From sequence record AP019418.1: a stretch of DNA of 64,000 bases; one strand, written 5' to 3'. The notes beneath the pieces were generated by a model. That model worked only from the letters and a program-made list of their open reading frames with translations. It did not search any database and was not told the DNA's origin. How positions within the stretch are numbered: the first letter of the stretch is position 1; the number at the start of each line of letters is the position of its first letter. This document shows, in pieces, positions 9,479-20,471 of this stretch. The position numbers and the translations under genes are program-made.

Positions 9479-12400
9479 TTAAATAACAGCACCTTTGGAA
9501 ACTATCCAGTTAGTACCATCCCATAAGAGGGTAAGAACTGTTTTAGTATCACCTAGGTCATCTACTATTACTGGAGTACCATTGTTCCATTGTAACACTG
9601 CACTAGAAAGTGTTGGCATAGCTACCTTACCAAGCAATACAAGAACAGCTGTGATCATACGATCAACAGGTCCATTCTCTAGTGTAATGGTTTGGTTAGC
9701 AGCAGTTTGAACCCTATAGCACTGTTGGTTAGCTGGTGTTAGAGTTAAAGCTGTACCAGTGAATGTACTTGATTTTAGGCTATATGCATCGAATGATTTA
9801 TCTAGCTTCTTCCAAGTAATATTAGTACCAGTACGGCTACGTAGCCAATCACCATCAGCGGTTACATCATTATTCGGCCCTTGGAATAGAGTCCATGATT
9901 TAGCCGCAGCATTACGTAGGAATAGTTGTCCACTAGTAGCATCAGCTTGATCAACTATAATAGTTACAGGTGTCCATTTAGAACCACTAGCTGTTTTCTC
10001 ACGTACATAGTTAGTGCCATTAGCACCTTCACTAGGTACTTCACCAATAACTGCGGCTGGTACAGCTACCCATTCACCATTTTGCATACCCATTAGAGTA
10101 TCATCGGTTTGCAGAGGTGCTACATCAACCCAGTTACCAGCTACACGACCTTGAGGCTTAGTAGCTTGTGCAGTATCGCGTACTACATCTGAAGGAATTT
10201 CTGGGAATGTAATGGTAGCCCATTCAGTTTCACCCCCTGCAATACCTTTACGAACGTATTGTGCATTAACAACTGGACTAGGTACAGCATCAATGGCAGG
10301 TGTTGGTAATTCAATAGCAGTCCATTCAACAGCCCCGTCAGCGGTTGCTTTACGGCGACCATAGAAGACACCTACTTCAGCATCTACCACCTCATCAACA
10401 GGTAGTTCAGTCCAACCGAGTTTGTACCGAACCATTTTCTTATCGACATCTTCTGGATCGACTTCACTAACTGGAACTGACATTAATTTGTAGAATACAA
10501 CCCAGTTAGCATCTTTATACCAAACGGTACCAGTTTTGTCGATACACCAGTCACCACGATTACCATCGATAGAAGTGGGTGCAGTTTGACCTTCAGGTAG
10601 AATTACCCAAGAGGATCCACGTTCACCTTTCTGACCGGTTTTACCAGGGATACCTGGAACACCTTGTTTGCCCTCAGGACCTTCAGGACCCTGCGGACCC
10701 ATGGCTAAGACACCTAGGCTTTCCCAAGTAAATGTACCTTCAGTATCGATACTTACAAATACTTCTACTTGTCCTTCAGTATTGGTGCGAATGGCAATAC
10801 CTTTACCTACGTTATCAGCAGATGCTACTGGTTTACCAGCATCATCACCAACATAGATAATTAATAGACCACCACCTTGTTTACCTTCAGGACCTTGTGG
10901 GCCTTCGACACCCTGGATACCCTGCTCACCATTTAGATTAATTGGGCCGATATAGCCATCAATTTCCTGACCTTGGTAAGTATAGAGCATTGTACCTTCG
11001 TTAGTTTCAACCCAGTATGAATCACCAGTTACTAAGTCAGGATCAGTGTCTTTCTTTGGTAGTTGTGAAGCATCGGTTAAAACACCTTTAATGTTTAAAC
11101 CTTCACCCGGTTTACCTTGCGGACCTGCCATAATACCAATGCTAGTCCAGCGACTACCGTCCATGTTAACAAATACTTCGCCCGTGGACTTAACAGTATA
11201 TGCTTTCCATTGGTTATCGGCAAGTGCTTCTGGTGGGGTATCTTCAGGAGTGTCAATCGCTGCGATGATCTGGATAGGTTCACCAGCGGGACCTTGTGGG
11301 CCTTCTGGTCCCTCGGGTCCTTCTGGTCCCTGATCACCGTCTTTACCAGGTGCGCCATCTTCACCTTTAGGACCTCGATGTGTACCACTATTTACCCAAT
11401 TACCATCTATCTTAACAAATAAGGTAGATGTGTCTTGTGTGAAGTACGCTGCCTGATCAGGAGCATCTGCCGGCAGGGCTGCCTCATTGGCAACAGCACC
11501 AGTAATAACTACGTTCTTACCATGTAGACTGATTAACCATTCACCCTCAGTACCAGTGAAGCCATTGTCCAATGCTACTTGGAAAGCCGATTTACCTTGT
11601 GCCCCTGGTTCACCAGGTAGACCTTGTTCGCCATCTTCACCTTGCGGACCTTCAGGGCCCTGCGGGCCACGGAATGAACCCATGGCTGTCCATGAGATAT
11701 CAACAGTCGGATCTTGGCCAGTCAGTACATAAACCGTATTGGTGGAACGTACTGAAACACCTTGGTATTGTTCTACACCAGTGGTGGTTAATAGATCATC
11801 AGCAGTTTCAACTGCTTTAACTACTTCTAAGTTACGACCTTGTGGACCAGGTTCACCTTGTTTACCATCGGGACCCGGATCACCTGTATTACCTGGTTTA
11901 CCTTGTGGGCCCTCAGGGCCTTGGAAAGTACCTAGGTCTGACCATGCCCCTTTTACAAAGATGAATAGATGTTCTGGTTTACCAGCTTCCATAGTAACTA
12001 AGTATGCTTCTGATTCTTTAGCTACAGATGGATCAGGTAAATCAGCTGGTGATGGTAGTGAATCCTTAATGGTAAACGGCATTGCTGGTTCACCCTGAGG
12101 ACCTTCAGGACCAATTTCACCATCTTTACCTTGCGGACCCTCAGGGCCCTCAGGTCCACGTTCACCCTGTGGTGTAACTGGGAACCAATCATAGTCATCA
12201 ATAGTTGGATTCTCTGGCGGATTATTACCTGAGATAAGCATCCACGCCCAGAGTTGATTATTCCATGAATAAGCATCTCCAGGTTTATTACTTTCAGTCT
12301 TAGGTAATTCTAAGTTATTAGGCCAACGACCACGGATAACTAGACCAGTACCATCTGGACCACGAAGTGAACCTGTTTCAACCCAACGACCTTTTACAGG

Positions 12401-12760
12401 GGGGTCTTCATTACCTAGCGGTGATTCCCACACCCATAGCCGATCTTCAACGAACCAAGCATCACCGACATTATGCGTATCTAATGGTTTAATATCTTGT
12501 TCGAATGTTGCTAGATCAACATTAGCGATAATGTTAATAGCCGGACCAACTGGGCCAGGAGGGCCTTGTTCGCCATCTTTACCCGGCTGACCATCTTCAC
12601 CCTTTAATCCAGGTATAGTAACAGGATCAACGAAAGTAGTATTAAGACCCACCCCGGTAGAAACCGGGATGTGTCCATTAACTACAGAAGTGGGCTCATC
12701 AATTGATGATACCCGTTTGGGGAGTTCCCCGTTTACATAATCTTCAAATGCAGAAGCCAT
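9479..12760 (-). CDS. gp146: Collagen-like fibre protein (phiKZ gp146)
   Basis: 1093 aa. Several (G-x-y)n blocks alternate with globular repeats, followed by tandem foldon-like C-terminal repeats. Confidence 0.85.
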   Translation of the reverse strand: MASAFEDYVNGELPKRVSSIDEPTSVVNGHIPVSTGVGLNTTFVDPVTIPGLKGEDGQPGKDGEQGPPGPVGPAINIIANVDLATFEQDIKPLDTHNVGDAWFVEDRLWVWESPLGNEDPPVKGRWVETGSLRGPDGTGLVIRGRWPNNLELPKTESNKPGDAYSWNNQLWAWMLISGNNPPENPTIDDYDWFPVTPQGERGPEGPEGPQGKDGEIGPEGPQGEPAMPFTIKDSLPSPADLPDPSVAKESEAYLVTMEAGKPEHLFIFVKGAWSDLGTFQGPEGPQGKPGNTGDPGPDGKQGEPGPQGRNLEVVKAVETADDLLTTTGVEQYQGVSVRSTNTVYVLTGQDPTVDISWTAMGSFRGPQGPEGPQGEDGEQGLPGEPGAQGKSAFQVALDNGFTGTEGEWLISLHGKNVVITGAVANEAALPADAPDQAAYFTQDTSTLFVKIDGNWVNSGTHRGPKGEDGAPGKDGDQGPEGPEGPEGPQGPAGEPIQIIAAIDTPEDTPPEALADNQWKAYTVKSTGEVFVNMDGSRWTSIGIMAGPQGKPGEGLNIKGVLTDASQLPKKDTDPDLVTGDSYWVETNEGTMLYTYQGQEIDGYIGPINLNGEQGIQGVEGPQGPEGKQGGGLLIIYVGDDAGKPVASADNVGKGIAIRTNTEGQVEVFVSIDTEGTFTWESLGVLAMGPQGPEGPEGKQGVPGIPGKTGQKGERGSSWVILPEGQTAPTSIDGNRGDWCIDKTGTVWYKDANWVVFYKLMSVPVSEVDPEDVDKKMVRYKLGWTELPVDEVVDAEVGVFYGRRKATADGAVEWTAIELPTPAIDAVPSPVVNAQYVRKGIAGGETEWATITFPEIPSDVVRDTAQATKPQGRVAGNWVDVAPLQTDDTLMGMQNGEWVAVPAAVIGEVPSEGANGTNYVREKTASGSKWTPVTIIVDQADATSGQLFLRNAAAKSWTLFQGPNNDVTADGDWLRSRTGTNITWKKLDKSFDAYSLKSSTFTGTALTLTPANQQCYRVQTAANQTITLENGPVDRMITAVLVLLGKVAMPTLSSAVLQWNNGTPVIVDDLGDTKTVLTLLWDGTNWIVSKGAVI

Positions 12761-15129
12761 TATACTACTTCCTCAAGTTCGATTTTCATCAGTCCAGTGG
12801 TGTTGGACACAGCGTTTGCTGAGTCACAGTTATACCACTTATTGCCATCCTTGATGGTGTAGGTGTCAACTTGATTTGCATCATCCGCCTTATAAGTGAA
12901 GTTTAAGCTACCAGTAGAACCTTTAGATAGGTTACTGCAACGTAGTTTACCAGTATTGGTTACTTCAGTACCAATATCAGTTTCACGGTTCGGCCAAGCA
13001 GCCACACTTAGAGTGCGGAATACAAATCCACCTAGTACATAAGTACCACCATTTACACTATTAGCTTCAACACCAGCTAAACCTTTTAGAACCACACTGT
13101 TAAAATCGTAGGTTCCTTTAGGATCATCGTCATGTACTAGTAATGCACGTGTCCATACCTTACCAGTGGCATCAGATTTCCAATCCTCAGTAGCCCACTT
13201 ACCGCCAGGCGCATTCATGGCCGGAGCTGCACTTAGTTTCTGAGTAGAGGTTAAAGTAATGACATGACTTTGTACTTGGGTTCCAAAGTTACCACCTGAA
13301 CGAAGGCGAGCAGCAGGGTAGGTAACCGTCGCAGTAGGTGCCGCATTTGCAATAGCCACAACAGCAGTAGCTGTAGCTACACTACCATTAGCTGCACGTT
13401 TAGCAGTAATTAATAGGTTATTAGTGCTGTCGTTATAAGTACCTGACTTATAAGTAACTACCTTAGCAATTTCTGCTTCATTTGCACTGGTTATAGTAAG
13501 CTGATCATTTGGTGAGGAATAAACCACACTATCAGCATTAGATACCGTATTGGCTACAGTAGCAGTTTCACCTACTTTAATAGCACTTTGACCAGACGGA
13601 TAAGTTACTTGACCAATATTAACAACTGGGCGAAGATCGTTTAACTGCATAGTGTTAATTTTATCTTCGGAACCAGCATCACTGGAAGTAAACCATTCTG
13701 ACCATGATCCAGTTGATTTCTGAACACGTACACGGAAACCATATGCCTTAGTAGTATTACCACGATCAGCTACGTAAAGACCAGTAACCTCTAGTTCTTT
13801 AGTAGGTGCAACAGTACCACTACTTTCTTTCAGTGCACCAAAGTCAGCAATTTCGTATGCTACTATATTTTCATCAGTAACAACTTTAATTGCAACAAGG
13901 TCATCTTCTTTAAGTTCTGTTTGACCTAACGGATAACCGCCAGTAAATACAGCACTAGTAATATTAGCGGGAGTATCGGCTAATACCTTAGTAGTGAATT
14001 TAGCCCCATCGGCGTGTTCTACAACAATATCAGCATAACCTTCAGTAGTAGGTGCACCAAGATCAATATCGGCGGTAGCAATCCACATAGGTGGATTAAC
14101 GCCAGGAGTTACAACTGCATCTACGTTATTGATTTTAACACTAGGTACATAACTAGAATGTCCAGTTATTGCATCAACGATAACCCGAACATTACTAGTA
14201 GTCGATAGGCATGACTGTACGCTGTGCCCATCGGGGGTACGCACAATACTACCTACGTTCTGACTGGGGTCAGTTGCTTGTACATCTTTGACGAATACAC
14301 CGCCACTAATACCTTCATTTTTAGGAAGGTTCTTAAGATCAACGGTCGTTTCATCAACGCCTTCAACAATACGGATATTACCGTCATTCTTGAATGCAAT
14401 GTAATCAGTTAAACTACCAATCTGGAATTCACCATTGTCATAAATACGAATTTCAGACTCAGGTAATTCGGGTAATGCACCTTGCGTAGTGGGCGCAGAA
14501 GCGTTCTTTAGATAAGAATAACCTTCTGCTTCCATACGACCTTGTTCCATCATACGCTGAGGTATTTTATCACCAGCAGTTAAGTCGTCTTGATTTAGAC
14601 GCTTATCAAACAGGAAAGCAAAGTTATGGAAAGCAGCGTTGGATGATAATCCACCATTCTTGCCAGTTACACGCAGTACATCTTTAACTGTGTAACCTTG
14701 TTGATTTAAGAGCGACTGGAGTAGTTCAGCAGTCATGGTTGCATGCAGTGATGTTAACCATTCCTGTTCAGTACCTTGGAAACCGTTTTCCACAGCTACT
14801 TCATATGCACTCTTACCAGCATCACCTTTAAGGGATGCTATAAACTCTTCTTCAGTACCAACGAAACCTAGATCGACTGCGATTTGATAAGAAGATTTAC
14901 CTTTAAGCGAATCAAGCCATTCGGTTTCAGTTCCCTGGAAACCATTTTTAACGGCAATCTCGTACGCACTAAGACCGGGTGCTCCAGTCTGTAGTTTTGA
15001 CAGCAGAAACTTATAGTTATCGACTTGACCAGCTGCATCGGTATGAATTAATTCAATATACTCGCTATCGTTAAGAGTAGCTAGATCCGGCAGTTGACTG
15101 ATCTTGCCTTTGTCTGTAGCATTTGCCAT
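12760..15129 (-). CDS. gp145: Fibre/structural protein (phiKZ gp145-like)
   Basis: 789 aa. N-terminal KISQLP, three G(L/K)S(A/S)Y(E/Q)(I/V)AV..GF.GTE.E repeats, beta-rich T/V/A body; TAATG coupling to gp146. Confidence 0.8.
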   Translation of the reverse strand: MANATDKGKISQLPDLATLNDSEYIELIHTDAAGQVDNYKFLLSKLQTGAPGLSAYEIAVKNGFQGTETEWLDSLKGKSSYQIAVDLGFVGTEEEFIASLKGDAGKSAYEVAVENGFQGTEQEWLTSLHATMTAELLQSLLNQQGYTVKDVLRVTGKNGGLSSNAAFHNFAFLFDKRLNQDDLTAGDKIPQRMMEQGRMEAEGYSYLKNASAPTTQGALPELPESEIRIYDNGEFQIGSLTDYIAFKNDGNIRIVEGVDETTVDLKNLPKNEGISGGVFVKDVQATDPSQNVGSIVRTPDGHSVQSCLSTTSNVRVIVDAITGHSSYVPSVKINNVDAVVTPGVNPPMWIATADIDLGAPTTEGYADIVVEHADGAKFTTKVLADTPANITSAVFTGGYPLGQTELKEDDLVAIKVVTDENIVAYEIADFGALKESSGTVAPTKELEVTGLYVADRGNTTKAYGFRVRVQKSTGSWSEWFTSSDAGSEDKINTMQLNDLRPVVNIGQVTYPSGQSAIKVGETATVANTVSNADSVVYSSPNDQLTITSANEAEIAKVVTYKSGTYNDSTNNLLITAKRAANGSVATATAVVAIANAAPTATVTYPAARLRSGGNFGTQVQSHVITLTSTQKLSAAPAMNAPGGKWATEDWKSDATGKVWTRALLVHDDDPKGTYDFNSVVLKGLAGVEANSVNGGTYVLGGFVFRTLSVAAWPNRETDIGTEVTNTGKLRCSNLSKGSTGSLNFTYKADDANQVDTYTIKDGNKWYNCDSANAVSNTTGLMKIELEEVV

Positions 15130-15230
15130 TTTTATTTCCTTGCTGTATAAGAAACACTAACATGTTAGTCTTTCGAAGAAGACTCATACAGTAATGTACT
15201 ATTGCTAATGAGTAATATTTTAACAACATA

Positions 15231-15251
15231 AGAGAGTCCCGAAGGACTCTC
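15231..15251. terminator. Intrinsic terminator after the endolysin gene
   Basis: GAGAGTCC-CGAA-GGACTCTC hairpin. Confidence 0.75.
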
Positions 15252-15334
15252 AAAAAGTTACATTGACACAAGATGTGGTTTATCATGAGGGGAAGTTTCA
15301 CATGATACCATAGACTCCATTCTATTGCTACATC

Positions 15335-16156
<822 letters not shown>

Positions 16157-16178
16157 TTAGGTTCATTGAGGGTATTAC

Positions 16179-16712
16179 TTAACTTTCTAGATAACGGATT
16201 TGACCATTTTCTAGATAACGTGCTGCACCATTCTCTAATAGTCGGATAGTATCTGACGTATCATCAATACGTTGGATTAGTATATTACATTCACCATAGT
16301 AAGCATAGCTACTCGACATAGCTACTATCGTGTATGGAACAACATCCGTAGTTGCATTGATTGGTGTTGTATCAAATGAAACATCATCTGGACCAAGCTT
16401 CCAACCTCGTGAACGGTTAATTTCTTCAGCAATTGCTTTAGGTGTTAAAGTACCAACTATCTTAAGGATAGATCCTTCACCAATAGCACGTGGATCAGCA
16501 AAATCTAACCGACGGTAAGTTAACATGTACTTAATGTCAGTAGTGATGTCGATCATTTCAATAAATGTACGTCCAGGCTCAATCGTGGTTGGACTAAAAA
16601 ACATATCTTCAAATGTAACTGTTTCTGGTTTGAAGTTTATTTTTAAATCATCCCGCGCAAGTTTTACTAGCGCATTCCTCGATGCCATGTCATACGGAAA
16701 GATATCCTGCAT
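16179..16712 (-). CDS. Probable virion structural protein with YRRLDF domain and C-terminal RxLENG repeats
   Basis: 177 aa. Ends IRLLENGAARYLENGQIRYLES; domain resembles the ORFs at 34256 and 35137. Confidence 0.75.
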   Translation of the reverse strand: MQDIFPYDMASRNALVKLARDDLKINFKPETVTFEDMFFSPTTIEPGRTFIEMIDITTDIKYMLTYRRLDFADPRAIGEGSILKIVGTLTPKAIAEEINRSRGWKLGPDDVSFDTTPINATTDVVPYTIVAMSSSYAYYGECNILIQRIDDTSDTIRLLENGAARYLENGQIRYLES

Positions 16713-16757
16713 GTCAAACCTCTATAGTGGTAAAATGTTTAATCCACATAGCATTAT

Positions 16758-16785
16758 AAAGCCTTCCTCTTGAAGAGGAAGGCTA
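16758..16785. terminator. Intrinsic terminator
   Basis: AGCCTTCCTCT-TGA-AGAGGAAGGCT hairpin. Confidence 0.8.
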
Positions 16786-16794
16786 TTATAGTTT

Positions 16795-17190
16795 TTATTG
16801 CATAAGCATCTTTATTAATTCAAAGGTACCTTGCACAATAGTCTTTAACACATTGGCACTTTCTTCTGACATAGGTGCACCAGATAAAACTACCATAGTA
16901 GATACTGATGCCCCAATAAGAGTAACGCCACCAGCTAATACCAATACCGCATTACGGTAAGAATCTTTAGCCTTCACTTCAGCAATTTCCCGGCTGAGAA
17001 TTTTATATTGAAGATCTGAATCGGTAATAGCATAAATTAGACTAAGTACTTCCTCACCAGTTATACTTAGATTTATACGTTGTTCCTTTTCCAATACACT
17101 ATTCAAATAGGTACGTATCTTCTTTCCATAGTCTTTAGAAGAAGATAAAGGATTACCATCGATCTCAATCAGAACGTCCTCTAGGGTCAT
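16795..17190 (-). CDS. Membrane protein, holin/antiholin candidate
   Basis: Likely start is ATG 17190 with a GGAG RBS. Hydrophobic AVLVLAGGVTLIGASVSTMVVL; follows the spanin pair. Confidence 0.55.
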   Translation of the reverse strand: MTLEDVLIEIDGNPLSSSKDYGKKIRTYLNSVLEKEQRINLSITGEEVLSLIYAITDSDLQYKILSREIAEVKAKDSYRNAVLVLAGGVTLIGASVSTMVVLSGAPMSEESANVLKTIVQGTFELIKMLMQ

Positions 17191-17527
17191 GACTATTCTC
17201 CAAATTACGTTGACGTTCGTTCCATTCACGCAATTTGTCTACTTGGATATTACATAGTCCAAGTGCATCAGTTTGTAAAAGCCAATGTTCGGTCATAAGT
17301 AAGAAACGTGCTTCATTCTCATCAGTAACCCCAACAGCTTTATATCTATCTAATGCATTGATGATCTCATTAGCTGTAGGTGGGGCTTCCACATCGCAAG
17401 GGAGAAGTAAACTACTTGGGATTGCAACTGGTATTTTCACGGGAGGCGGCACAGTAGTGCTCGTACATCCGTTTAGCAATAGCATTAATAGACTTATTAA
17501 TGTTATCTTTTTTTGTGTCAGTTTCAT
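17165..17527 (-). CDS. o-spanin (Rz1-like lipoprotein)
   Basis: Start 17527: MKLTQKKITLISLLMLLLNG|C lipobox, then Pro-rich VPPPVKIPVAIPSSLLLPC. Overlaps the 3' end of the upstream TM gene. Confidence 0.8.
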   Translation of the reverse strand: MKLTQKKITLISLLMLLLNGCTSTTVPPPVKIPVAIPSSLLLPCDVEAPPTANEIINALDRYKAVGVTDENEARFLLMTEHWLLQTDALGLCNIQVDKLREWNERQRNLENSHDPRGRSD

Positions 17528-17918
17528 GTTTAATCTCAGTAGTGGTGCTTTCCCCATTAGTTGTTTTAGCTTTAACCTCAGGCCATACAGGTGGAGTATA
17601 TCCACGACCTGATAAACTAATGTACTCATCAATCACCTCAGTGCGTGATTGCGCCTGCTCTTTTTGTATCTCTTTCTTTTTAGTAATTAGTTCAGCTTGA
17701 ATTTTATCGGAGATACGATCTGATTCAATCCTAACCTTTTCTGCCGCTTCATAAGATTTAATTTTTCCAATTAAATCTGTAGAGCGAACAAGTTCCGTCT
17801 CATAACTATTTTTGTAATATATGATACCAATTAAGGCACCTATCAGAATAACTAATAGTAACCATATATGCAATGGCACGCTACCAATTATTTTTCGTAT
17901 ACCTGCTAATAGGAACAT
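17412..17918 (-). CDS. i-spanin (Rz-like)
   Basis: N-terminal TM WLLLVILIGALIGIIYY, long coiled coil and C-terminal Cys residues; overlapped by the lipoprotein gene. Confidence 0.8.
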   Translation of the reverse strand: MFLLAGIRKIIGSVPLHIWLLLVILIGALIGIIYYKNSYETELVRSTDLIGKIKSYEAAEKVRIESDRISDKIQAELITKKKEIQKEQAQSRTEVIDEYISLSGRGYTPPVWPEVKAKTTNGESTTTEIKHETDTKKDNINKSINAIAKRMYEHYCAASRENTSCNPK

Positions 17919-17933
17919 TGTTACCTCGAATTG

Positions 17934-18497
17934 TTAAACAATCCTAGTAAGGTAGTAGTAAGCTATCGCACAAGCATCCATAGAGTGGTCATCTAGACTA
18001 TCTATATCGATGTTCCATGTGATGTCAGTACGAGAACGCATTGCTTCTTTAACATCATCTTTAGTAGTACCCTTTACTTTTTTCATACCCGCATTGATTT
18101 TAACTGTAGTAGGATCAATCATGTATAAAGGTATAAATCTATCATACTCGTATAATGCTCTATGTACATAGGTCACACATTCTACAAGTACAGCGAAGCT
18201 TTGGGCAAACTTACCAAGATAGTTAGACTCTACAATAACTGCATGTGGTTTTTCAGTATGTAGTATATTTAGTACCACATCACTCATTTGCTGCATTCTA
18301 GTAAATCTACTACCATGAACCTCGGAGATGGCAGCATATGCCGGATTTGTATCTTTAAGGTGGCAGGTAAATGCATTACGTACCACCTTATTACTTCCAT
18401 CCAACTTATCTTCCAGAATAGCTATGCCGAGGTTTTGTGAACCAGGGTCTAATGCTAGTACCCGAAATGGCTCATCACTCGCTGGAAGCTTAAGCAT
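17934..18497 (-). CDS. ruvC: RuvC-like Holliday junction resolvase
   Basis: VLALDPGSQNLG, VIVES and DDHSMDACAIA give the acidic catalytic pattern of RuvC. Confidence 0.8.
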   Translation of the reverse strand: MLKLPASDEPFRVLALDPGSQNLGIAILEDKLDGSNKVVRNAFTCHLKDTNPAYAAISEVHGSRFTRMQQMSDVVLNILHTEKPHAVIVESNYLGKFAQSFAVLVECVTYVHRALYEYDRFIPLYMIDPTTVKINAGMKKVKGTTKDDVKEAMRSRTDITWNIDIDSLDDHSMDACAIAYYYLTRIV

Positions 18498-18499
18498 AT

Positions 18500-19426
<927 letters not shown>

Positions 19427-19462
19427 TTAGTACACTGTACTATTGAGTAAATTTGTAAGAGT

Positions 19463-19482
19463 TCCCCTCCACATGGAGGGGA
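19463..19482. terminator. Intrinsic terminator
   Basis: TCCCCTCC-ACAT-GGAGGGGA hairpin. Confidence 0.75.
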
Positions 19483-19491
19483 TTTATGCTG

Positions 19492-19980
19492 TTAAGCAAA
19501 TTTTTCAGGAGCACCACGTACCATTACACAGATCCATGATTGTCCATTATGGGAACGTTTTACTTCATGTAATTGGGATAGATGGAATACTAATCCTTCA
19601 CCTTTTCCAATTAATAGTTCCTCACCATCTAAAATGAACTTAGCATCAGGTCCAATATTCCAAGCAAGAATAGTACCGGACTCGGGTTTATCTACCCAAT
19701 AATTCATCTCATCTAGAAATCCATCTATTTTGGGGAAATCTAAAAACCATACTTGCAGTGCTTTGTTAAATAGTTCTTCGCCTAAAATTGGCTTAATTTC
19801 TTTACGCTGTTTAGCAGTCCAATTAAACCATTTTGAAGTATTATAAACACTACATGCTTTAAGGCCATTAGTGCCAACTCGCATACGGTGGCCATATGAG
19901 TCTCTAAATGAAACTTCGCCTTTAAGCTTTGTTAATGTTTTTAGTTCTGCCTTAGATAGAGTCTTAAGTTTAATTGCCAT
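19492..19980 (-). CDS. Cupin/2OG-Fe(II) oxygenase-like protein with degenerate metal site
   Basis: DSBH-like C-terminus (GEGLVFHLSQLHEVK); LDEM stands where HxD is expected. Confidence 0.5.
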   Translation of the reverse strand: MAIKLKTLSKAELKTLTKLKGEVSFRDSYGHRMRVGTNGLKACSVYNTSKWFNWTAKQRKEIKPILGEELFNKALQVWFLDFPKIDGFLDEMNYWVDKPESGTILAWNIGPDAKFILDGEELLIGKGEGLVFHLSQLHEVKRSHNGQSWICVMVRGAPEKFA

Positions 19981-19988
19981 GTTGTACC

Positions 19989-20471
19989 CTACTCGTAGAG
20001 ATATATAAGGACGTATCTTTTATTTTTAACTGGAGGGACTTCATGTGGCTCTGAACGGATTGGAAAAATAGTAGCCCTACCTGGTACATCCTGATAAAAC
20101 TCACCATTGATCGTTATACCATCGCCATTGTCATTTAATGCAATAACCATGTTGTAACGATAAACAGCTTGGTCGATGTGTTCAGGCATACCTGTACCAA
20201 TTTCATATCGGTTGATTAGAACTTCGCCTAACCAAGCACCTTCTACCTTAGGTGCAATATGAAATAGTAATTCCCGTAATTCCACTGGCATTTGGTTATG
20301 ACCTAAAAACCAATAATCACATTCAGTGATACCTTTGGTTGGGATACTATTAATTTTTTTCCGATTAAACCACCAGGAATCACCCAGTGTATCCAGATAA
20401 GATACAAGGTCAGCTGCAAATTCAGCTGAAAACACGTCCCTGGTCGATCTTTCGTGGGCCGATAAGCTCAT
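19989..20471 (-). CDS. 2OG-Fe(II) dioxygenase
   Basis: Likely start 20471 (MSLSAH). INRY..G..MPEHID (HxD), EPHEV (distal His) and KRY (2OG-binding Arg). Confidence 0.75.
   Translation of the reverse strand: MSLSAHERSTRDVFSAEFAADLVSYLDTLGDSWWFNRKKINSIPTKGITECDYWFLGHNQMPVELRELLFHIAPKVEGAWLGEVLINRYEIGTGMPEHIDQAVYRYNMVIALNDNGDGITINGEFYQDVPGRATIFPIRSEPHEVPPVKNKRYVLIYLYE

Noticed and set aside
9495-12276. Many plus-strand and alternate-frame ORFs over gp146
   Set aside because: They arise from the GGN-CCN periodicity of collagen codons.
15071-15301. 76-aa ORF between the endolysin and gp145 as a possible holin
   Set aside because: It crosses a terminator hairpin, overlaps the gp145 start out of frame, and has no clear RBS or TM helix.
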